NCBI GenBank assembly: GCA_038870975.1
Contig: JAVZJD010000001.1
Coordinates: 800,001-864,000, forward strand
Origin: Candidatus Bathyarchaeia archaeon
GTDB lineage: Archaea; Thermoproteota; CALKCG01; B24
Length of the DNA stretch: 64,000 nucleotides
Direction: 5' to 3'
Positions 18,468 to 28,105 of the stretch are shown in pieces. Made by a program: the position numbers and the translations under genes. Under the pieces are notes generated by a model. That model saw only the letters and a program-made list of their open reading frames with translations. It was not told the DNA's origin and made no database searches. Within the stretch, counting starts at the first letter, position 1. Each line of letters begins with the position of its first letter.

Positions 18468-20819
18468 CTATTCCCTCCTCCTGATGAGCCTGGGCAGTAA
18501 AGTCGGGTCTGGTATTGTCTTCTCTTTCCAACCCTTCTCCTTTAGAAGGGCTAGTATCTCATCTTTCATCGTTATGGGTATGTCGGCGGGGGTTCTAACG
18601 AAGAGGTGTACATCTTCTGGAAGTGTATTGTAGAACTTCTTGTACAAGTCTACATAGTGTGAAAGCTTTATGGCTCTACCCTTAGTAGTGTCATTCGGCC
18701 TCATACACAGCTTCGCTATCATAACAATGGCCTCCTCCTTCCTCTCAGCCATGTAGAATAGGTGTTCAGGAGCTGGTCCACAGTAGACTCTCTCTCCTGT
18801 TCTAGCGTTGTAGACAAACCAGTCCTCCTCTCTATCGGCACGTCCTAGTAGAGCCCTCCTATACTTAGAACCATGCGGTCCAACTATGACCGGGACTCCA
18901 AGCCTCCAAAAGCCTGAAGCTATTGATGCCGCCTTCTGGCTCATGGCGCCCCAAGCAACTCCAACGGCTCCAACTCTATTAAGTACGTAGTCCGCAATTT
19001 CTTCGTAATTCGCTCTCAATGGCCTTCTCGCGAATATGTTCGCTATTTTAATGGCGGCACCAGCTATGTGCGCGTTTGATATGCATGAGCCTACGTTTAC
19101 AACCCCCCCTGCGTCAAAGCCTCCTGGGAATCTCTCGTAGAGCGTCTTCCCCTCTTCGTCCTTATACATGCCTAGTGTCATAGCGGCACATCCAGATGCG
19201 AGTATTATGTAGCGTCTCTTGGCAAATTCTTCAGCCATTTCGTAGACTTCTCTCCCGCCGTATGCGTAGTTTGCGCATCCCACGAATGCTATAACGCCCG
19301 GTATTTCGCCAAAAACAATTGGTCCACCTACGGCTCTTATCTCAGTATCTTTTATAGCCCCTCTTCCGCTTCTTATCTTATAAGTCTCCCTCTCAAACAC
19401 GTCGTCAGCCCAAACTATCATACTGTGTATTGGAAGCTTCGCCCTACATACGCCCTCACACTTTACACATCCAATACATTGTTCATAGAGACTACTCAGC
19501 ATCGATAGGTCTCCTTTAGCCGCGGCAGTCATAGCATCCATTATGGGGAGGTTGTTTGGACACGTCCTCACACACTCCATACATTTGATGCATCGTTTAG
19601 CGTACTCTACTATGGCTTCTCTGGAAACGGGCTTCTCCTTATACTGCTTTCTCTTCGGAGCTAAAGCAATAGCAGCTTTAACAGCCACTTCTCCAACCTT
19701 CTCCGCGTCGAAAATTAAAACCCCATCCTCCCTTCCTTCAACCAAGTCTTTCACGATTTCATCTACAGGGTCTTCCGTACGGTCCCTCAAACCTTGACAG
19801 TTCTTCTCACTCGTAGCTATGAAGACAGCGTTCACTTTCCTAGCTTCATCTATTAAATTCGTCTTTATACACTGTTCATCGACAACGACAACATCAGGCA
19901 GTCCCGACCTTATATAGCGAACCTGCCAGGAGATTGGTCCGATTATCTTCGCTCTAGGATTGTATCTTGTAGCGTCATGTGCAGTGCAGCATAGGCCTGT
20001 AACTTCAACTTGTCCCAATAAACCACTTTCAATAAGGTAGTCGATTATACCTGCTGCAGATGGGACATTATGCCCTACGACCATTATAACTGGTTTAGAT
20101 TTATCAACGGTGCCGAATCCTAAGTCGACCAATGGGGCGTCTGGGTCTGACTTCGGGAAACCCATGACGGATATTTGCGCTATATCTGCTACTTCCATGG
20201 CTAGATGGTCCAGCATACCCGTATGGAGGACTTTAGATTCAAAATCTAGCGCATTACCCTCTTGACCAGTATGCGTAGAGGCAAGTAAGTGTATCAGCTG
20301 GTTATCCACATAGCTGAGCACGTCTTCAAGGTCTCTCAAAGTTCTAGGCCTTATACCTGTAACAAGTCTAGTTATAGGCGCTTCAACGCCGACCCCTTCG
20401 CCTAAGTCTATCGGGCTATCCCTCCCATATCTTTCGATTAAATATTCAACCAAGTGTTTGGCATGGCTCGTGTGGGTTGACGCCCCTATGCAACAGGCGA
20501 GTAGCACTATCCTAGACTGTTGGGCAGCCATATCTAAGCCACATGCCCCGCGTTTACCCATGGATAAGTCACACTTTCCAAAAGTGCATAGGCAGCATAG
20601 CTCGCAGAATGGCATGTAAAACGGTCTATAGCGTTTGAGGAGAATATGGTCCCAACTTCTGAGGTCTCTTATCGAAGGCATCGGTGTTGGACCCATGGGC
20701 TCTTCAAATTCTTCGTAGATTATACGGTCGATGGATATTTCAACATCTCGTAGCACTCCAATTGTAGTAGTAGCTTCTTTTAATCTAACGTAGAGGTCTT
20801 TTTTAACCACTAAGCTCAC
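18468..20819 (-). CDS. cdhA: CODH/ACS complex alpha subunit
   Basis: CELCCLCTFGKC, GHNV, LCCT, DEQC, two CxxCxxCxxxC motifs, GCANY, GSCISN. Confidence 0.97.
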   Translation of the reverse strand: MSLVVKKDLYVRLKEATTTIGVLRDVEISIDRIIYEEFEEPMGPTPMPSIRDLRSWDHILLKRYRPFYMPFCELCCLCTFGKCDLSMGKRGACGLDMAAQQSRIVLLACCIGASTHTSHAKHLVEYLIERYGRDSPIDLGEGVGVEAPITRLVTGIRPRTLRDLEDVLSYVDNQLIHLLASTHTGQEGNALDFESKVLHTGMLDHLAMEVADIAQISVMGFPKSDPDAPLVDLGFGTVDKSKPVIMVVGHNVPSAAGIIDYLIESGLLGQVEVTGLCCTAHDATRYNPRAKIIGPISWQVRYIRSGLPDVVVVDEQCIKTNLIDEARKVNAVFIATSEKNCQGLRDRTEDPVDEIVKDLVEGREDGVLIFDAEKVGEVAVKAAIALAPKRKQYKEKPVSREAIVEYAKRCIKCMECVRTCPNNLPIMDAMTAAAKGDLSMLSSLYEQCIGCVKCEGVCRAKLPIHSMIVWADDVFERETYKIRSGRGAIKDTEIRAVGGPIVFGEIPGVIAFVGCANYAYGGREVYEMAEEFAKRRYIILASGCAAMTLGMYKDEEGKTLYERFPGGFDAGGVVNVGSCISNAHIAGAAIKIANIFARRPLRANYEEIADYVLNRVGAVGVAWGAMSQKAASIASGFWRLGVPVIVGPHGSKYRRALLGRADREEDWFVYNARTGERVYCGPAPEHLFYMAERKEEAIVMIAKLCMRPNDTTKGRAIKLSHYVDLYKKFYNTLPEDVHLFVRTPADIPITMKDEILALLKEKGWKEKTIPDPTLLPRLIRRRE

Positions 20820-20922
20820 CTTTTTATGAGAAACACCTCAAGTATTTTCAATCTTCAATAAAACTTTATCTTCTTCTAAAAACCATTTATCCTCACGTAG
20901 AAGGAGGTTAGAAGAATTGTCT

Positions 20923-22341
20923 ATGTTTCAAGATATACCAGTTGACGTAGGTATTGCCTACGAAGGGGAGCGGATTAGAAGGGCTGAAATGTACGTTGAA
21001 TTCGGCGGACCAGATATTAAATTTAAATTTGAACTTGCAAGGGTTAGAAGACCTGAAGAGGTTAAAGATGGCGAGATAATCATCGTCGGTCCAGATATTA
21101 AAGATATCCCGGAGGGTAGTAGTGTACCGTTTGGTATACTCGTTGAAGTTGCAGGTAGCCAGCTTGAAGAAGAGCTTGAAGGCATTATAGAGCGTCGTAT
21201 CCACGAGTTCACAAATTACGTGCATGGTTTTATGCATTTAAATCAACGTTACGACATATGGTGTAGGCTTAGTAAGGAGGCTTTTAAGAAAGGGTTTAAC
21301 AGCTTCATCTACCTAGGGAAAGTCTTAATTAGACTCTACAAGGCGGATTTCCCAATAATCGAGAAAATCCAGGTGACATTCATAACAGACCCCAAAGAAG
21401 TTGAACGAATGTATTATGAAGCTCTTAGAATATATGAGGCTAGGGATGCGAAAGCTAGAGGTCTTAAAGATGAAGACGTTGATGAGTTTTACGGGTGTAC
21501 TCTCTGTCAATCTTTCGCTCCAACACATGTATGTGTAATCACTCCGCAAAGATATTCAAACTGTGGAGCCATAAGTTGGTTTGACGGTAGAGCTGCGTCA
21601 AAAGTAGACCCTAAGGGTCCGATATTTAGAATACCTAAAGGTGAATGTTTAGATATGGTAAGAGGAGAGTATTCTGGGGTCGATAAGATTGTACAGGAGA
21701 AATCCCTTGGGGCGATTAAACGCGTTCATCTATACACCGCCTTCGGCTATCCACATACCAGTTGCGGGTGTTTTGAAGCAATAGCCTTCTACATACCGGA
21801 AGTTGATGGATTTGGAATTGTACATAGAGATTTTAAAGGTACGGCTGTAAATGGATTGAAGTTTTCAACTATGGCTGATACGACTGGTGGAGGTAGACAG
21901 GTAGACGGCTTCCACGGGATATCCATAGAATATATGCGTTCTCCTAAGTTTCTCGTGGCGGATGGTGGATGGGAGCGGGTCGTCTGGGTTCCAAAAGCAG
22001 TATATGAAAGGGTTAAAGATTTTGTGCCAGAGAAAGTCAGGGATAAAGTAGCGACAGATGAAGATGTTAAAACTATAGATGAACTTAAGGAGTTTTTAAA
22101 GGCTAAGGGGCATCCAGTAGTCAGTCGGTGGAAGCTGGTAGAGGCTGAGGTTAAACCAGCGGAAGTTAAAGTTGAAGAGACTGCTGGAGTAGCATTGCCT
22201 CAGCAGACGCAAGCTATGGTTTTAGAGGGTGTATCTATTCCTGGTGTTCCTATAACGTCTGGAGGATTTAAGATAACTTTGAAAGGTGCTAGGATAAACA
22301 TTGACAAGGTCATAATTAGACGGAGCAGTTCGACAAGCTAG
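20923..22341 (+). CDS. cdhC: Acetyl-CoA synthase beta subunit
   Basis: YEGERIR, GCTLCQSFAPTHVC, HTSCGCFE A-cluster motifs. Confidence 0.97.
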   Translation: MFQDIPVDVGIAYEGERIRRAEMYVEFGGPDIKFKFELARVRRPEEVKDGEIIIVGPDIKDIPEGSSVPFGILVEVAGSQLEEELEGIIERRIHEFTNYVHGFMHLNQRYDIWCRLSKEAFKKGFNSFIYLGKVLIRLYKADFPIIEKIQVTFITDPKEVERMYYEALRIYEARDAKARGLKDEDVDEFYGCTLCQSFAPTHVCVITPQRYSNCGAISWFDGRAASKVDPKGPIFRIPKGECLDMVRGEYSGVDKIVQEKSLGAIKRVHLYTAFGYPHTSCGCFEAIAFYIPEVDGFGIVHRDFKGTAVNGLKFSTMADTTGGGRQVDGFHGISIEYMRSPKFLVADGGWERVVWVPKAVYERVKDFVPEKVRDKVATDEDVKTIDELKEFLKAKGHPVVSRWKLVEAEVKPAEVKVEETAGVALPQQTQAMVLEGVSIPGVPITSGGFKITLKGARINIDKVIIRRSSSTS

Positions 22342-22352
22342 GAGGCGTAGGT

Positions 22353-23585
22353 ATGGGCTCTACTAAAGCCCCTAAGAAGACTTTCGAGGCGATGGTGTTT
22401 GAAGCGCTATCTCAGCTTTTTCAGAACCTTAAAGATGCGGAAATAGAGCTTCAGAACGTTAGCATTGAGGCGGATGAGATAGAATTAGAGCCTGTCGTTA
22501 GAACGGTTTTAGCTCAAATACCTACGGCTAAAATAGCTGAAAAACCCACTGTTAAACGTCTTCCAGAGAAGCTTTTAGAAGCCGAATTCACACCTCCCAT
22601 AAGCGAATACCCCGGCCGCGTGGTAGAGGTTAAAATAGGAGCCACTAAGAGTGAAGGCGGCTCTAGAGGCAAAAGCATCACCATCGGCGGTGAAGTAGCT
22701 CCGGCTTTATACGTATTTGACGGTTTAAACCCCCATCCTCCTGTTGTATCGATCGACATATTCGACGCTAGAATACCTCTAGCTAAAGCCGTTAAAACAG
22801 AAGTTGAAGATGTTTTAAACGACCCTGTTGAATGGGCTAAGAAGGCAGTTCATAAGTTTGAGGCGGAAATCGTCAATTTACACCTTGTAAGTATAGATCC
22901 TCTCCTCAACGATACTCCGCCGACCGAGGCCGCTAAAACTGTTGAAAATGTATTACAGGCTGTTGACGTTCCTATATGCGTCGGCGGTTGTGGCGACCCT
23001 TTGAAAGACTTGAAGGTTTTTGAGAAAGTGTGTGAAGTTGCAGAAGGTGAAAGAATACTGATAAACTCTGTGACTTTAGACATGGATTATAAAAGGCTTG
23101 CAGAAGTCGTTAAGAAGCATGGTCATGCTGTCATAGCGTTCACATCTATGGATATGGATATGGCTAGAGAGCTCAACAGGAAGCTGTATGAAGTGCTTCC
23201 TAGGGAAAGCATAGTTATTGATACTACGACTGCAGCCTTAGGCTACGGGTTAGATTATGCTTTTACAGTTATGGAGAGGACGAGGCTGGCTGCTTTAATG
23301 GGTGATGTTGAACTTCAACATCCGCTATCTTCAGGTACGACTAATGCTTGGGCTGCTAGAGAAGCTTGGATGAAGCTCGACGAGTCTAAATGGGGACCTA
23401 GAGAGCTGAGAGGACCAATCTGGGAGGTTGTAACTGCTCTTACGCTTCTGCTCGCTGGTGTAGACTACTTTATGATGATGCATCCTTTGGCTGTTAAAAC
23501 GACAAAGCGTGTGATTGAGAGGTTTACCAGTGGAGGGATGTTTGATTCGTCTAGGTATCTAAGCTGGGCGTCGTTGGACATTTAA
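22353..23585 (+). CDS. cdhD: Corrinoid Fe-S protein small (delta) subunit 1
   Basis: GATKSEGG, TAALGYGLDY, TNAWAAREAW, MMMHP. Confidence 0.95.
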   Translation: MGSTKAPKKTFEAMVFEALSQLFQNLKDAEIELQNVSIEADEIELEPVVRTVLAQIPTAKIAEKPTVKRLPEKLLEAEFTPPISEYPGRVVEVKIGATKSEGGSRGKSITIGGEVAPALYVFDGLNPHPPVVSIDIFDARIPLAKAVKTEVEDVLNDPVEWAKKAVHKFEAEIVNLHLVSIDPLLNDTPPTEAAKTVENVLQAVDVPICVGGCGDPLKDLKVFEKVCEVAEGERILINSVTLDMDYKRLAEVVKKHGHAVIAFTSMDMDMARELNRKLYEVLPRESIVIDTTTAALGYGLDYAFTVMERTRLAALMGDVELQHPLSSGTTNAWAAREAWMKLDESKWGPRELRGPIWEVVTALTLLLAGVDYFMMMHPLAVKTTKRVIERFTSGGMFDSSRYLSWASLDI

Positions 23586-23593
23586 TAGCGGAG

Positions 23594-25027
23594 GTGTATG
23601 AGTTGGCTAGAAGTTTAAGCCCACTAGAGGTCTACAATCTCCTACCTAAGACAAACTGTGGGAAGTGTGGTGAAGCTAACTGTCTAAGTTTTGCAACTAG
23701 GCTTGTAAACCTTGAAGTTGAGATTGAAGAATGTCCTCCCTTGGTTGAAGAGGTGAAACACCGGGAGAACTACTTTAAGCTCAAAGACCTCTTGAAGCCT
23801 CCAGTCAAGGAAGTTTTGATAACAAGAGGGGGGAAAGCCGTTAGAATAGGTGGAGAATACGTCCTCTATCGTCACGAGTTCACCTATAGACGTCCAACGG
23901 CTATAGCTATAGACATATCTGACAGTATGACGCCTGAGTCTATAATCGACCGCGTTAAACAGATAGAATCGCTATCCTACCCGTATATCGGTAAAGAGCT
24001 TAAGCTAGACTTAATAGCCGTTAGGTCTGTTACGGGTGATCCTGAGAGTTTCCGTAAAGCTGTTAGAGTGGTATTGGATAATTCAAGCCTTCCCATTGTG
24101 CTCTGCTCGTTAAACCCAGATGTTTTAAAGGCTGGTCTTTCTGAAATGCCTGGTGACAAGCCGCTCATATATGCTGCTACCGTAGACAATTGGAGTCGAA
24201 TGGCTGAACTGGCTTTGGCATACGATTGCCCACTCGTCGTCTCTGCTCCAAATAATCCCGTCGCGCTTAAAAGTCTAGTTAAAACTCTACTCGAATGTGG
24301 CTTGAAAGACTTGGTTTTAGACCCTGGATGTATGGGCGGAGAAGGCCTCTACGATACAATTGTCAACTTCACTATGCTCCGTAAGGCTGTCTTCAGGGCG
24401 AACGATTCCCTCTTGGGTTTCCCTCTTCTAGGGGCTCCAATATCAGTCTGGCTTGAAAAGGGTAGAGCTTTAGATAGGAAGTGGGAGGAGTGCTACCTGG
24501 CGGGTATGCTCATAGTTAGATTTGCAGATGTTCTCATCATGCACAGTTTAGACGGTTGGGTTCTTCTACCGCTGCTAATACTTAGAGACAACATATATAC
24601 AGACCCTAGAAAGCCCGTTTCAGTTAAACCTGGGCTTTACAAGATAGGTACTCCGGATGAGAATAGCCCCGTTATGTTCACATCGAACTTCGCATTGACA
24701 TACTATACGGTTTCTTCAGACATACAGGCGGCTAAAGTAGACGCGTATCTCATAGTTGTCGATACTGAGGGGCTTTCAGTGACCTCAGCTGTAGCTGGAA
24801 GAAAACTCACGGCTGATAAAGTTGCTGAGGCTATTAAAGAGTCTGGTATTGAAAATCAGGTTAAACACAGATACCTCATAATTCCAGGTAGAGCTTCCAA
24901 GCTTAGTGGTGAAATCGAAGAGGCTACTGGTTGGAAGGTTCTAGTAGGACCATTAGACTCTTCAGAAATCCCTAAATTCTTGAGTGAAAACTGGTATGGG
25001 AAGAGACTCTGGGAGGCTGGAAGATAG
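23594..25027 (+). CDS. cdhE: Corrinoid Fe-S protein large (gamma) subunit 1
   Basis: LPKTNCGKCGEANC..CP, YTDPRKP, NFALTY, VGPLDSS. Confidence 0.95.
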   Translation: MYELARSLSPLEVYNLLPKTNCGKCGEANCLSFATRLVNLEVEIEECPPLVEEVKHRENYFKLKDLLKPPVKEVLITRGGKAVRIGGEYVLYRHEFTYRRPTAIAIDISDSMTPESIIDRVKQIESLSYPYIGKELKLDLIAVRSVTGDPESFRKAVRVVLDNSSLPIVLCSLNPDVLKAGLSEMPGDKPLIYAATVDNWSRMAELALAYDCPLVVSAPNNPVALKSLVKTLLECGLKDLVLDPGCMGGEGLYDTIVNFTMLRKAVFRANDSLLGFPLLGAPISVWLEKGRALDRKWEECYLAGMLIVRFADVLIMHSLDGWVLLPLLILRDNIYTDPRKPVSVKPGLYKIGTPDENSPVMFTSNFALTYYTVSSDIQAAKVDAYLIVVDTEGLSVTSAVAGRKLTADKVAEAIKESGIENQVKHRYLIIPGRASKLSGEIEEATGWKVLVGPLDSSEIPKFLSENWYGKRLWEAGR

Positions 25028-25028
25028 A

Positions 25029-25784
25029 GTGATAATTTCAGTAGCAGGTAAAGGTGGGACAGGTAAAACCACTATAGCAGTTTTAATCTTGAAAGCTCTG
25101 ATCGAGGAGACGAGTAAGACAATCCTCTTTGTAGACGCGGATCCGTCTACGAATGCTCCGGTTGTTCTAAGTATGCCTGTTAAGAAGACGGTTGGCGAAG
25201 TAATAGAGGAGTTTAGAAAAACGGTCTTAGATACTACGGAGCTTACCGTCGACAAGAGTAGGATTGTTGAGAAATGGGTTATGGAGGTTCTGATGGAGTC
25301 TCCTAGGTTCGACCTGTTGGCCATGGGTCGGGGTGAAGGAGAGGGGTGTTACTGCTACGTAAACTCTGTTTTAACGTCGATATTAGATAAACTGGCTGGT
25401 AACTATGACGTCGTTATAATGGATATGGAGGCTGGATTGGAGCATATAAGCCGTAGGACGGACAGAGACGTAGACATTATGTTTGTCATAACAGATCCTT
25501 CTAGGATGAGCCTTGAGACGGCTAGGAGGATTAAAGAGCTAATACCGGAGGTGCATGTTGAAATAAGAAGGCTCTATGTTATCGGCAATAAGATTCCGTA
25601 TGAGGAATTTGAAAGCTACGCTAGTAAAGTCGGAGAATTCGACCTACAGCTTATTGGAGTAGTACCTCCAGACCCTGAAATATTAAACTTCAGCGTGAAG
25701 GGTTTATCTCTTCTGAATATACCTGATAATTCCCCTTCCTATGAAGCCGTTAAAAAGATATGTCGTAAAGTCGGGTTAATCTAG
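25029..25784 (+). CDS. cooC: Second CooC/AcsF-type nickel-insertion ATPase
   Basis: GKGGTGKT, DADP, GCYC, DMEAGLEHISR; start uncertain (24984 or 25029). Confidence 0.85.
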   Translation: MIISVAGKGGTGKTTIAVLILKALIEETSKTILFVDADPSTNAPVVLSMPVKKTVGEVIEEFRKTVLDTTELTVDKSRIVEKWVMEVLMESPRFDLLAMGRGEGEGCYCYVNSVLTSILDKLAGNYDVVIMDMEAGLEHISRRTDRDVDIMFVITDPSRMSLETARRIKELIPEVHVEIRRLYVIGNKIPYEEFESYASKVGEFDLQLIGVVPPDPEILNFSVKGLSLLNIPDNSPSYEAVKKICRKVGLI

Positions 25785-25800
25785 CAAGGAGGCTTCTACA

Positions 25801-26748
25801 CTGTCTCTTCCCCTTCCAATAGAGTCCTATAGAGGTGTTGTTGCAAGAGTGAAAATAGGAGCTACGAAATCCGAAGGAGGCTCGAGAAGTTACTCCACTA
25901 CCGTCGGTGGGGCTGGGACACTACCATTCTATACGTTTGAGGGTTTAAACCCTCCGCCTGTACTAGCGCTTGAAGTATACGACTATTTAGATAGTCCTCC
26001 AGTCGGTGTTATGGAGGCCTTCGGCGACGTAGTGATGAATCCTGTAGAGTGGATTAGGGTTATAGATAAGTTCAACCCAGACGTTATAAATTTAAATGTT
26101 AGGTCTATCTCTCCTTTATCTCTAAATAGGAGTGTTAAACATGCTATACGGTTATTGGAAGAGGCTTTACAGGCTACCAGCCGCCCATTAATGGTTACAG
26201 GTATAATGGACCCGATTCACACGGAAGATATATCTAGAAATAGTGAGTTTTTAAAACTAGCCGCTGAATCTTTCAAGGGCGAAAGGCTTCTCATAGGTCC
26301 TGTAACAGCTGAAGCATATGAGGCTGTTGCTGAAGCCGCTTTAACAAATGGTCATAATCTACTGGCCAAGTCAAATATGGATGTTAACCAAGCCATTAGG
26401 TTAAACGAGCTCCTCTCGGCTAAAGGCTTTTCAACCGACCGTATCGTCGTAGATGTTACGACTGGAGCATTAGGCTATGGAATTGAATACACCCTCTCCA
26501 CTATGGAGAGGCTTAGGCTTAGAGCTTTACAAGGGGATAGAATGGCTGGAAGCCCCATGGTATTCTTTGCCTCTGAAAACGTCTTCATAGCTGAGTTTAA
26601 AGAAACTCCTCTAAACCCTTCAGTCTACGAGGCTGTGGCCGCCGTGGCAGGTTTAATGTCTGGAGCAGACTTAGTGTCGTTATTCTACGTAGAAAGTCTA
26701 CACATGGTTAGGTCGTTTTTAACAGAATTTCCCTGGGGAGGCGGTTGA
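25801..26748 (+). CDS. cdhD: Corrinoid Fe-S protein delta subunit, divergent paralog 2
   Basis: GATKSEGG and GALGYGIEY motifs; similarity to CdhD1 extends upstream to an in-frame CTG at 25801 after GGAGG. Confidence 0.85.
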   Translation: MSLPLPIESYRGVVARVKIGATKSEGGSRSYSTTVGGAGTLPFYTFEGLNPPPVLALEVYDYLDSPPVGVMEAFGDVVMNPVEWIRVIDKFNPDVINLNVRSISPLSLNRSVKHAIRLLEEALQATSRPLMVTGIMDPIHTEDISRNSEFLKLAAESFKGERLLIGPVTAEAYEAVAEAALTNGHNLLAKSNMDVNQAIRLNELLSAKGFSTDRIVVDVTTGALGYGIEYTLSTMERLRLRALQGDRMAGSPMVFFASENVFIAEFKETPLNPSVYEAVAAVAGLMSGADLVSLFYVESLHMVRSFLTEFPWGGG

Positions 26749-26773
26749 AATCTCAGAGAAAAAGCTTAGTCCA

Positions 26774-28105
26774 ATGGATATATATAGGCTTCTGCCTAAG
26801 ACGAACTGTGGAAAATGCGGGTCGCCAACATGTATGGCTTTTGCCTTTAAACTAGCCCAAGGAGCTGTAACAGTCGATAAATGTCCATTTCTCACGGATG
26901 AAGCTAAACGTGCCCTAATGGGTTTAACAGCCCCCCCTGTAGCCGTAGTCTCTATAGGTCATGGGGGTAGAGAAGTCAAATTAGGTGGAGAGCGCGTTTC
27001 CTTCAGGCATGAAGATAAATTTTACAATGAGCCAGCTATAGCCGTAGAGTTAAACGACCTTATAGATGTAGATGCCCTTGAGACGGCTTTGAAGACGCTA
27101 AAAGAATATGAAGTTGAGAGAATGGGTCAAACTTTAAAGATAAATATGTTGGCCCTTAGAAACCTCTCAAGTGAGGATGATGCCTTCATAAGGCTGGTAG
27201 AGGCCGTTAAAGCTGTGGGGTACCCGTTGATAATCTCCACTGAAAACCCCACGTTGGCTAATAGGACTTTAGATATCCTCAAAGGCGAGCGCCCCCTCCT
27301 ACATGGTGCGTCTCTGAGAAATATCACTATCATGGCTATGCTCGCTAAAAGGTTCAACTGTCCAATTTCTATAAAAGCGTCTGACTGGAGGGAGCTTATA
27401 TCCTGCATCGATAGGCTTAAGGGGTTGGGCTTCTCGGAAATAGTCTTACAGCCTCCAGGCGATACGCTTAAACAACTCGTAGAGAATTTGACGATTATAC
27501 GTAGACTCGCTATCGACAAGAAATTCTCTAAACTTGGATATCCCACAATAGTTTTCTCTAGCGATGTTAAATCCAATGTGCCAGAACATCTAACGGTTTC
27601 AGCATTACTGGTTCGATATGCGAGTATAATCGTAGTTAAACCTGAAGTATTGCCACTTATACGTCCAGTAATGCTTCTCAGGCAGTCGATAATGATGGAT
27701 CCGAGGGCTCCGATATCCATCAAGTCAGGCCTATATAGGATAGGTAAGCCTAGTGAAAACAGTCCAGTACTATTAACGACAAACTACGCTTTAACATTCC
27801 ATATATTGAGAAACGACTTAGAAAATCAAAATGTGGACTGTCATCTCCTTGTGGTTGATACGGGAGGTCTCTCGGTAGCCTGCTCTGTAGCTGGCAATAA
27901 GCTCAAGCCGGACTCTGTTAGGCAAATGATTGAAGAAACGGATTTAGAAGCTAAGGTGGCACATAGAACGCTTGTGATCCCAGGTAGAGCAGCTAAACTG
28001 GCTGGAGAAATTGAAGATATAACTGGCTGGAGGGTTTTAATAGGCCCGTTTAATTCGAAGGATATAGGAGATTTTCTCAGAAAACATAATCTTATTGGAC
28101 GGTAG
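26774..28105 (+). CDS. cdhE: Corrinoid Fe-S protein gamma subunit, divergent paralog 2
   Basis: LPKTNCGKCGSPTC..CP, FRHE, DPRAP, TNYALT, IPGRAAKL. Confidence 0.9.
   Translation: MDIYRLLPKTNCGKCGSPTCMAFAFKLAQGAVTVDKCPFLTDEAKRALMGLTAPPVAVVSIGHGGREVKLGGERVSFRHEDKFYNEPAIAVELNDLIDVDALETALKTLKEYEVERMGQTLKINMLALRNLSSEDDAFIRLVEAVKAVGYPLIISTENPTLANRTLDILKGERPLLHGASLRNITIMAMLAKRFNCPISIKASDWRELISCIDRLKGLGFSEIVLQPPGDTLKQLVENLTIIRRLAIDKKFSKLGYPTIVFSSDVKSNVPEHLTVSALLVRYASIIVVKPEVLPLIRPVMLLRQSIMMDPRAPISIKSGLYRIGKPSENSPVLLTTNYALTFHILRNDLENQNVDCHLLVVDTGGLSVACSVAGNKLKPDSVRQMIEETDLEAKVAHRTLVIPGRAAKLAGEIEDITGWRVLIGPFNSKDIGDFLRKHNLIGR

Noticed and set aside
27127-27723. Long antisense ORFs (also 52003-52485, 57823-58305, 3438-3791, 24962-25324)
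   Set aside because: Shadows of well-supported genes on the opposite strand with no protein-like motifs
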